A DNA stretch of 64,000 nt from Candidatus Bathyarchaeota archaeon (GTDB taxonomy: Archaea > Thermoproteota > Bathyarchaeia > Bathyarchaeales > DTEX01): NCBI GenBank assembly GCA_963714275.1, contig CAVQNT010000007.1, forward strand, positions 32,001 through 96,000. Direction: 5' to 3'. The notes below the pieces were generated by a model. It had not been told where the DNA came from. It ran no database searches and saw only the letters and a program-made list of their open reading frames with translations. Each line of letters starts with the position of its first letter. Position 1 is the first letter of the stretch. This document shows positions 56,744 through 64,000 of this stretch, piece after piece. The translations under genes were made by a program, and so were the position numbers.

Positions 56744-56844
56744 CTATAACGAATTATATATAAGTTCATGAGGAAAAGTTGAAACCATCATCCAATAATG
56801 CGACTTCTTTTTTCTCGTTGTCTTAATAGTGTGCAATTAGTCAA

Positions 56845-57678
56845 TTAACGGAGCGAGCTGAACTTCCCATGGTACACGGGATAGTCGTGCTCTCTTACGA
56901 ATCCGACTTTCTCCGCGACACGTTTGGACGCCGAGTTTTCAGCGTTGCATTCCCAGTTCGGTTTTATGCTTCTTGCTTTACAATGTTCCACGAATGTTGA
57001 GGCAGCAGATATGGCGAGTCCCTTGTTCTGGTAATCTTGCACGGTCTCAATTCCTATGCCGCATTTGTCCTTACTCATGTACTCGGCTGTGCACCAACAG
57101 ACCACTTGTCTTCCGGTTACAAGGCTGAACCCAAACCCGAAATTGATGAATCTATCAATTGTGGGCCACATCTGTTGAATCTCGTCCAAAACAAACTCCG
57201 TATTTTCATATTGCGCTTTGTAAAGGAAATGTTCATCAATCTGCTTAAGACATAAACCTTCTGGCATGTTGCTTCGCCAGTCTTGCTCGGTAGGCTTTTT
57301 GTGGGTGTGAAAAATATATTGTCCCCGCGATAGATCAATATCCGCAAAGATTGAAGGCAGCATTTTTTCCCAAGGTTCGGAAGTGGAACGTAATCTAAAA
57401 TGTAACCTGCGCTGAAGTTGGAGTTTAGGAGCAATCTTTCGACCTAATAGGGCACGAAGCTCACGGTTAAACTGAATATTGCTTTCCTCACCAGCCAAAT
57501 AGAACACGTTGTTTGCTTTGTCCCACAGAAAAACCGATTTTGGCTCAAACTTATCGTCTACCCACACTTGTGCAAGGCTGTTGCCTTCTAGGATGGAGGA
57601 TAATAGCAAATCGAACTCTAAGCCCTCGAAAAATGGCTTCACCATGTAATACTCTTCAAACAGTAGTTCGCTGACCAT
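56845..57678 (-). CDS. GNAT family N-acetyltransferase
   Basis: GIGIET..DYQNKGLA, W.C..EN.AS.RVAEKVGF. Confidence 0.88.
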   Translation of the reverse strand: MVSELLFEEYYMVKPFFEGLEFDLLLSSILEGNSLAQVWVDDKFEPKSVFLWDKANNVFYLAGEESNIQFNRELRALLGRKIAPKLQLQRRLHFRLRSTSEPWEKMLPSIFADIDLSRGQYIFHTHKKPTEQDWRSNMPEGLCLKQIDEHFLYKAQYENTEFVLDEIQQMWPTIDRFINFGFGFSLVTGRQVVCWCTAEYMSKDKCGIGIETVQDYQNKGLAISAASTFVEHCKARSIKPNWECNAENSASKRVAEKVGFVREHDYPVYHGKFSSLR

Positions 57679-57936
57679 ATTCGCAGATACCTCACTCTAG
57701 AACATAAGTTTCGTAACACTCAATAGTATTTTCGGAAAAAAAATATTAGTAATAGAAAGGGCAGTCCCAGAAACCCATTTACTAGCCAAGGTAATCCCCA
57801 GTAATAGAATTCTTAAAGGAAAACAATGATGAAGGCAAAAAATACCATAAAAAGAGGATTCGTGAGAGATGTCACTAGATTTGGTGGATTTCGAGTCCCG
57901 TCATTCCAATAATTTTTTTAGGTGGAATTCGATTTT

Positions 57937-59682
57937 TCACTCAAACTTGTAGACGCGGTACGAGTTGGGAAATGTAAACGTTGGGAACACCGTTTGTTCT
58001 CCTCGTGCGATGCTGCTGGGTTCTCTGCCGAAGAACCATTCTCTTGTTGAAAGCAGGTCGTTTAGTTTAGCTTGCTTTTTGTTGACGACGATGTTGCATC
58101 TTACCATGTGCGGGAGGAAGGACTCAACAACGAAGGCGTCATTATCGTACATAAACAGGCAAATCTGGGCTGGACTTTCCACGTAAACCTTGGAATCCTT
58201 CATCAAGAAACGTTTCATGTTAGAAAGCGTTTCCTGTGGCAAATGGTACAAGTCGCCAAAATTGTCTGGTATTGTAAGAACGAACAGTGCTCCTTGGCCA
58301 TAACGGGCTTGAAGGAGGAAGGGGTAGCCTGTGGCTTCGTCTAGACATGTGATGGGGTCTAAAACGTCGTTTGTGGCGCATTGAATCTGCGGAACCAGAA
58401 TGTCCTTGTCAGAGTGATAAACGTCCATGAAGTGCATGAACTTGTTCACCAAGGCTTTTCTGCCCGTGCATCTGATTTCAGCGATGTCTTCGATGCCTTT
58501 ATCCTGCAACGCCTTCAGCAGCCCCGAGGTTATGATGACGGTCTTGCCTTTGATTAGCTGCCCTCGGATTTTTTCGACGATTTCTTTATCGAACTTTGCG
58601 CTTTCAGCCAGAAAGACGGTGCTGCTTTCGTACGGGAATTCAGGAACCATTTCGATGGGAATGCCCAACATTCCGATGTAGTTGTGCAGGAAATCTTCGC
58701 CTGAAGAGTTGTACGGTTTGTAACTTGGTATCCCGCATGGTTCACCGAGTTTGTCAAAGAATGAGTCAGCCTCTTCGAACACGTTTTCGAGTACTGGGGC
58801 AACGTTACCTATCGTTTTTTCTGACCCACCAGGCTGCTTAATGGATTCCACCAAATCAGCGTAACAGAACAACGTTACCTCTTTGGATTTAGCGAACAAG
58901 GTCAGCCTGACTTGTTCCGCGAACCGGTCCAGATACCGACGACCATAGGGATCAATCCAGCCTCCGCCATTCTTTCCAGGTTTAACGTTTTCCAAATACC
59001 TCATAATTGAGTAGCTTTGGTACTGCTGCAGATGCTGCGTAGTGTATTCAGGGTCTCTCGTTTCTGTCCCGGTGTAGATCATGTTGAACAGTTTTGATTC
59101 AACATCCAAATTATACCCCAGAAACTGGTAGTACTCGTACCAATTTGGATATTTGATAATCAAGTTCACATCAGGATTGATACTTTTGGCGGGTTCGATG
59201 ACCAATTTTTCAGCTACTTCCTTCATGAGCTCTAAACGGAAGTCCGTCCAGCTCCTGCTGCCTTTGGCTTTAATGCACGCTTCGCATTTGCAGTTCGTGA
59301 AGAACCAGTCGTCTAAAATGATTTCGTCGAACAGTTCAGCCGTGAATTGGACGATGTCTTTGGTTTTTTGGCGGTGTTCAGGCTTAGTGTAACACAAAGT
59401 CTGGAGTTGGCGTTCAGTGCTTGTGGGAGCGATAGCGCCTGAAGTTTTCACTCCTTTGCTTTCGAAGAAAGCCTTGATTTTTTGCACGGACTCTTTGTCG
59501 ACTAAAATCATGTCTCGATACGTTTCGAGGTAAATTTTGTTGACCTTCAAGTATCTTTGTATCGCGGTGAAACTTTGTTCAAGCCATTTCAGGTCTCCCA
59601 TTTTTTGCACATCGTATACTCGGCAGTAAACTGCGACCCCAAAATTTCTATAACTGACATTGGTAGGATTCATTTTGACCAT
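57937..59682 (-). CDS. Uncharacterised GH42-like TIM-barrel protein
   Basis: ILDDWFFTNCKCEAC, IKYPNWYE, YTGTETRDP; C-terminal trimerisation-like domain. Confidence 0.55.
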   Translation of the reverse strand: MVKMNPTNVSYRNFGVAVYCRVYDVQKMGDLKWLEQSFTAIQRYLKVNKIYLETYRDMILVDKESVQKIKAFFESKGVKTSGAIAPTSTERQLQTLCYTKPEHRQKTKDIVQFTAELFDEIILDDWFFTNCKCEACIKAKGSRSWTDFRLELMKEVAEKLVIEPAKSINPDVNLIIKYPNWYEYYQFLGYNLDVESKLFNMIYTGTETRDPEYTTQHLQQYQSYSIMRYLENVKPGKNGGGWIDPYGRRYLDRFAEQVRLTLFAKSKEVTLFCYADLVESIKQPGGSEKTIGNVAPVLENVFEEADSFFDKLGEPCGIPSYKPYNSSGEDFLHNYIGMLGIPIEMVPEFPYESSTVFLAESAKFDKEIVEKIRGQLIKGKTVIITSGLLKALQDKGIEDIAEIRCTGRKALVNKFMHFMDVYHSDKDILVPQIQCATNDVLDPITCLDEATGYPFLLQARYGQGALFVLTIPDNFGDLYHLPQETLSNMKRFLMKDSKVYVESPAQICLFMYDNDAFVVESFLPHMVRCNIVVNKKQAKLNDLLSTREWFFGREPSSIARGEQTVFPTFTFPNSYRVYKFE

Positions 59683-59813
59683 ACCCTTTTATTGTTTCTT
59701 TTTTTATTATTACAAATTTTAAAATATAATACTATTGATTAAAACGTCCCAAAAAAGTAAAAAGCATCTTATAAAAAAGTGTTTAAAAAAGGAAGGTTGA
59801 TTGATTATCAGCG

Positions 59814-60599
59814 TCATTTGGTCATATTAAGGCTAGCCTTGTAAACATACGTTCCTTTGTATGGTATGACGACGGGCTTGATGTCCGTGGTTTCTTTAAA
59901 CAGTTCGATGAATCTTTGCGGGTCTATGGTTCTGTCGCTGAAGCAGTCGTAATGGCATGGTATGACGACCTTGGGTTTCACAACCAAAGCAAACTTGAAA
60001 GCGTCCTCGGGCTTCCGTTGAGGAGTGTCCCCAATGATCGGGAACATGGCGATGTCGGGTGAAGCCTCAGCAACTTCGCGCAGCAGAGACTTTGGGTCGT
60101 CTGCGACGCTTTGGAAGGTGTCTCCCATGTTGTAGATTCTTGTGCCTTCAGTTTCGAAAACATAGCCAAAATGGGTCGTGTCAGCCTCTTCTGGCGGAAC
60201 AGAATAATACGACGTGACCATGAAGCCTTGAAACTTATAGACAGCCTTGGTTTTTAACGGCTTTAACTGAACCTTTTCCACGCCTAGTTCTGCGAGGCGG
60301 CGGCACGTTTCTTGAGGACCCAAGATGACCGTGTCTGGAAAATTTTCTGCTATGATGGGAAGAGCAATCGGGTCCGTGTGGTCCCAGTGGTCGTGTGTGC
60401 AAAAAACGTAATCTACCTTGAAATCTTCAGGTTTAACGGGTGACTCTTGGCGGATGTGGCGGATTCGTTTGTCCCTTGAAAGATAAGGATCAATGGCAAC
60501 GGTTTTTCCTTTGGACGTTTTTAGGACATAGGAGTTTTGTCCTAGCCAGAGGATTCCGATTTCGCCCTTTTTAAGTTTAAGATTGTGTATGGCTTCCAT
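59814..60599 (-). CDS. MBL-fold metallohydrolase (UlaG-like)
   Basis: WLGQNS, IDPYLS, THDHWDHTD, GDT, PCHY. Confidence 0.88.
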   Translation of the reverse strand: MEAIHNLKLKKGEIGILWLGQNSYVLKTSKGKTVAIDPYLSRDKRIRHIRQESPVKPEDFKVDYVFCTHDHWDHTDPIALPIIAENFPDTVILGPQETCRRLAELGVEKVQLKPLKTKAVYKFQGFMVTSYYSVPPEEADTTHFGYVFETEGTRIYNMGDTFQSVADDPKSLLREVAEASPDIAMFPIIGDTPQRKPEDAFKFALVVKPKVVIPCHYDCFSDRTIDPQRFIELFKETTDIKPVVIPYKGTYVYKASLNMTK

Positions 60600-60928
60600 A
60601 GAATTAATTCACCTTATAAAAATTATGTTATTCCTAATTATAGATTAATCTTATGTTCGGTTTCGAAGAAAAAGCACCGTAAGTAAAGAATTTTTGATTC
60701 TTTCATCAATGCATGTGTGGGTATAAGGAAAACATGATATGATTCCGTTTATTCAATAAAGTTTGATGTAAATTTGTTATTGAAACATGTTTGTGGCGAG
60801 ACACCGCTGCCTTTTTGTTGTGGTGAATAACCTTGACTGGAAAATTGCAGTCTGTGATCTTTAAACCATCTTTTGATGTAGGTACAGCATGGGTAAGACT
60901 TAAGTTTAGATAGTGTATTTCTATAACC

Positions 60929-61228
60929 ATGTCTTCGCTTTCAGAAGATGAGATTCGGCTGCGCATTCTGCATCTACTTGACAAACCGCCCAGAAAAGGA
61001 TCTACAGTTTGGGGAACCCACAAAAGCATCGTCCAAGAGGCAATACCCGTGTCAGAACGAGCCATAGACGTCAGCATCGCCTATCTCGCAAGGAACGGGC
61101 TGGTAAAGCTTGTTCAAGTCCACGGTGCCGATTGGCTATGGGCAAAAATAACGCCGGTAGGTTTGGATGTGCTTCAAAACCCGGCGCGGTACGAAGAACG
61201 ATACCCGTTTCTCACGTCTAGCAAGTGA
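60929..61228 (+). CDS. Small winged-helix-like protein
   Basis: IRLRILHLL...IAYLARNGLVK...AKITPVGLD. Confidence 0.6.
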   Translation: MSSLSEDEIRLRILHLLDKPPRKGSTVWGTHKSIVQEAIPVSERAIDVSIAYLARNGLVKLVQVHGADWLWAKITPVGLDVLQNPARYEERYPFLTSSK

Positions 61229-61362
61229 TAGAAACAGCTGAAGTTTCTAGGGAACCGCATGACAGTTAAGAAGTGGGTTTTATCAAGGTTTACTTGAATG
61301 CACCGTTTCAGCTAACTAGCTATAATAATTCAAAGAAACATAATACTTGAACGTGACTAAAA

Positions 61363-61686
61363 ATGGGAAAAGAACTGTTGGGACCCTGCGGCGAACTATG
61401 CGGTTTATGCCCATACTATAAAAGCGAGAAAACCCCGCACTGTAACGGCTGTGGCTACCAGAAGGGGCACCTGTTCCACGGCGAATGCCGAGTGTATTTT
61501 TGTGCAGAAAAACATGACGTTGAACATTGTGGACTCTGCCCTGAATTCCCATGCGACCTTTTTGTTGGACAATTTGACACCGAGGATGGACCGAAAAGCG
61601 CCTTTTTCAGAGCTGGGCTTCTGGCATACAGGAAAAAACACGGAACAACTAAATACGTCGAAATAGTCAAAAAACTAAAAAAATAA
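61363..61686 (+). CDS. DUF3795-like Cys-rich protein
   Basis: CGELCGLCPY, CNGC, C..YFC, CGLCPEFPC. Confidence 0.8.
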   Translation: MGKELLGPCGELCGLCPYYKSEKTPHCNGCGYQKGHLFHGECRVYFCAEKHDVEHCGLCPEFPCDLFVGQFDTEDGPKSAFFRAGLLAYRKKHGTTKYVEIVKKLKK

Positions 61687-61737
61687 TAAACCTCGCATAA
61701 AAAAACTGTCACACTTTACAGAACAGACAATGTTTGC

Positions 61738-61873
61738 GCTGTAAATCAGACAGGTCTTCACGGGCAATGGCCATTGTTATGCAAACGGATAATCCTATTG
61801 TCAAACAAAACAGGCAGCCTCTAAGACGACAATATTTGTTATTTAAAACGTAGATTCGGTTGTTGAACGAATC
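61738..61873 (-). repeat. 60-bp-period repeat, locus C (3 degenerate units)
   Basis: Reverse complement: gattcgttcaacaaccga...taacaa / gaggctgcctgttttgtttgacaa...taacaa / gacctgtctgattt; periods 62 and 64. Confidence 0.7.
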
Positions 61874-61925
61874 CCGTTGACTCAACGGTTTTTCGCTTCA
61901 TAAACAATAAAAGGAGAGTGAAAGA

Positions 61926-63122
61926 ATGTTGAAGTTGAACGGGAAAAGTATGAGTCATCAAAAAGATAAAGCATTCATTCAATGGCTTGAAAGTATAAGT
62001 TCAGAAGAATATAAACGAAGTTGTCAGAAATCGTTTTTAACCTTCTTGGATTTCTTGAATGAACAAGGATGGGAAAACATAAGTGGAGACATGATTCTTG
62101 AAAGACACAAGCAGAACCGAAAATCTGACGATAATAAAATCAAGTATGAAATAGATGATTTTGTTCCTAAGTTTGTTCAATGGCTTAAAGAACAGAGAGG
62201 ACTAAAACATAATTCCGCAATAAACACAAGCGTCCCAATCAGAGGGTTTTTCAAGTATCATAGAGAATCTTTAAGGATTCAGAAATCATCAAACACAATT
62301 TACAAAGAAACAAAGAAGAAGTTTCACATCTTCACGCAAGAAGAATTATCAAGAATGGTAAAACTTGGAGATGTAGAAGAAAAAGCTATCATCCTTCTTG
62401 GAAAAGACTTAGGAATCCGTGTTGGTGACTTCATTGAGTTAAAGCGTTCTCCAATATTGGAAGCCTATAAAGACCAAAAAGGAGAGTTTCCAATCGAGTT
62501 TGAAATAGAGACCACCAAGGAAGGTGTTGTCTCAATCGGTCATGTCACTCAAGAAACCTATGAAGCCTTAAACGATTATTGGTCTAACATGCCACAATCA
62601 GAATACGCATTTCCTTCCAACGGTTCACACATTTCGGAAGACCGAGCCAATTATGTCATCAAAAATACTTGGTCAAGAGCCTATCCAGACCGTCAAGATG
62701 TTCAAACAAGATTCCATGAACTAAGAAGTTTCAAGATGGCCGTTTTAAGCGATTGCGGAATCAACGAATGGCACATTAAACGAATGGTTGGAAAGAAACT
62801 TAGTTCAGACATTTCAACATATTTGAGAGGGATAAACCTTAAAGAAGACTTCAGGAAAGCCATGCCCAAAATTCAACTTTCTGGCTTAATAACCACTAAT
62901 CACGAAAAAATTGAAGGACTAACATTAGCCTTGAAGCAAATTGAAAGAGAAAACCATACCTTCAAAACCAGAATCGAAGCCATGCAGAATACCATTGAAA
63001 GGCATGAACAGTTGTTAAGAGATAACAATATTGAATTTCAACGCATGTTCACCAACTTCAACGATAGACTGAATTGGTTTGAAAACAGGGCAAAAAAGAA
63101 AGAAAAAGTTATATTTGATTAA
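61926..63122 (+). CDS. Tyrosine recombinase/integrase with C-terminal coiled coil
   Basis: GIRVGD, TTKE, HELRS, MVGK, STY; N-terminal SAM-like domain. Confidence 0.88.
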   Translation: MLKLNGKSMSHQKDKAFIQWLESISSEEYKRSCQKSFLTFLDFLNEQGWENISGDMILERHKQNRKSDDNKIKYEIDDFVPKFVQWLKEQRGLKHNSAINTSVPIRGFFKYHRESLRIQKSSNTIYKETKKKFHIFTQEELSRMVKLGDVEEKAIILLGKDLGIRVGDFIELKRSPILEAYKDQKGEFPIEFEIETTKEGVVSIGHVTQETYEALNDYWSNMPQSEYAFPSNGSHISEDRANYVIKNTWSRAYPDRQDVQTRFHELRSFKMAVLSDCGINEWHIKRMVGKKLSSDISTYLRGINLKEDFRKAMPKIQLSGLITTNHEKIEGLTLALKQIERENHTFKTRIEAMQNTIERHEQLLRDNNIEFQRMFTNFNDRLNWFENRAKKKEKVIFD

Positions 63123-63339
63123 TATCAGATTCAACATCCGAATAAACAACCACTACAACAACACTTAAACCAATAATAATACCAATAACACCATCAATAT
63201 CTGGGTAAATTAACTAAGTATAGCTAAGCTGACTTTTAACTCCTATAATGGCATGAGGGATTTTCCGAAGTGTTTTTGTAACAGAATAATGTACTCTAGA
63301 CAAGTATTCACTTCAAACAGAAAAGGAGAATGAACGCTG

Positions 63340-63690
63340 ATGGAAAAACCGCAAATTAGGACAAAGGAAGACATCATTAGACTCCTCCAGAACAAGACAG
63401 AGTTTGAAAGAACCGTTCTCGTCAAAACCTTCGAGATACCCAAAGGAAAAGTCTCCACGTACAAGAGGATAGCCGCCAAAATCGGCAAACCACGAGCATA
63501 CCGGGCAGTAGCAAACGCTTTGCACAAGAATCCGCTTACGCCAGTTGTTCCATGCCAAAGAGTGGTCAGGTCAAACGGCAATATCGTGGGCATGAAAGAA
63601 GCAATCGAAGCCCGGAGAAGTCTGCTGGAAAAGGAAGGAATCCCGCTTGAAGGCAACTGCGTCAAACTCAGCCCAGAAATCCTATACTAA
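63340..63690 (+). CDS. O6-alkylguanine alkyltransferase (MGMT/Ogt) C-terminal domain protein
   Basis: IPKGKVSTY..IA..IGKPRAYRAVANAL.KNP...PCQRVV. Confidence 0.85.
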   Translation: MEKPQIRTKEDIIRLLQNKTEFERTVLVKTFEIPKGKVSTYKRIAAKIGKPRAYRAVANALHKNPLTPVVPCQRVVRSNGNIVGMKEAIEARRSLLEKEGIPLEGNCVKLSPEILY

Positions 63691-63784
63691 CCCGACAATG
63701 TTTCATCCATGATAAAGGTTTAATAGACTGAGGACTGGTAATTAAAAACTAAGTCTAACTTACCAAATTAAGAGGAGAAAAAAA

Positions 63785-64000
63785 ATGAGCCAAGACCAAG
63801 CTGAAAACCTCTACATTCCGGGAGCCACAACCGTAGGAGTAGTCTGCAAAGACGGCGTGGTTCTAGCCTCAGAAAAAAGGGTTTCATACGGCGCATTCGT
63901 CATGAGCAAAGCAGGAAAAAAAGTGTTCAAAATCTCCGAAAAAATAGGCGTAGCCTGCGCTGGACTAGTTTCAGATATGCAAATGCTGGTCCGAGAGATG
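63785..64000 (+). CDS. psmB: Proteasome beta subunit (partial, runs off the window)
   Basis: [34 protein letters not shown]...KKVFKI...AGLVSDMQ. Confidence 0.9.
   Translation, partial: MSQDQAENLYIPGATTVGVVCKDGVVLASEKRVSYGAFVMSKAGKKVFKISEKIGVACAGLVSDMQMLVREM

Noticed and set aside
57883-57908. ggtggatttcgagtcccgtc as a duplicated tRNA 3' end (att site)
   Set aside because: Similarity to the tRNA-Leu T-arm is too weak and the stem does not pair cleanly

Overview
Archaeal chromosome segment. Markers are gatD/gatE, rps17e, a thermosome subunit, an HMf-type histone, nucS, trm1, a proteasome beta subunit and tRNA-Leu(TAG). Gene content suggests a TACK lineage, most plausibly Bathyarchaeia (inference, not a database result). 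Many genes, including housekeeping ones, are split by single indels, which most likely reflects long-read assembly error. Core blocks (about 7-12.6 kb and 27-52 kb) alternate with AT-richer accessory blocks. Highlights: (1) an integrated element (about 19.9-27.0 kb) with a tyrosine integrase, a divergent MCM-like helicase, wHTH genes, an AT-rich repeat region and its own histone with a loop insertion; (2) a family of repeats with a period of about 60 bp at three loci, next to both tyrosine recombinases and inside a four-gene wHTH cluster beside a stand-alone nurA-herA pair; (3) a low-GC island with two paralogous coiled-coil proteins (one with a SAP domain) around a membrane HhH protein, sharing a 17-bp upstream motif; (4) inverted-repeat-bracketed cassettes and recurring intergenic YTAG(CG)n and RRCT motifs; (5) a glycoside hydrolase island around tRNA-Leu.
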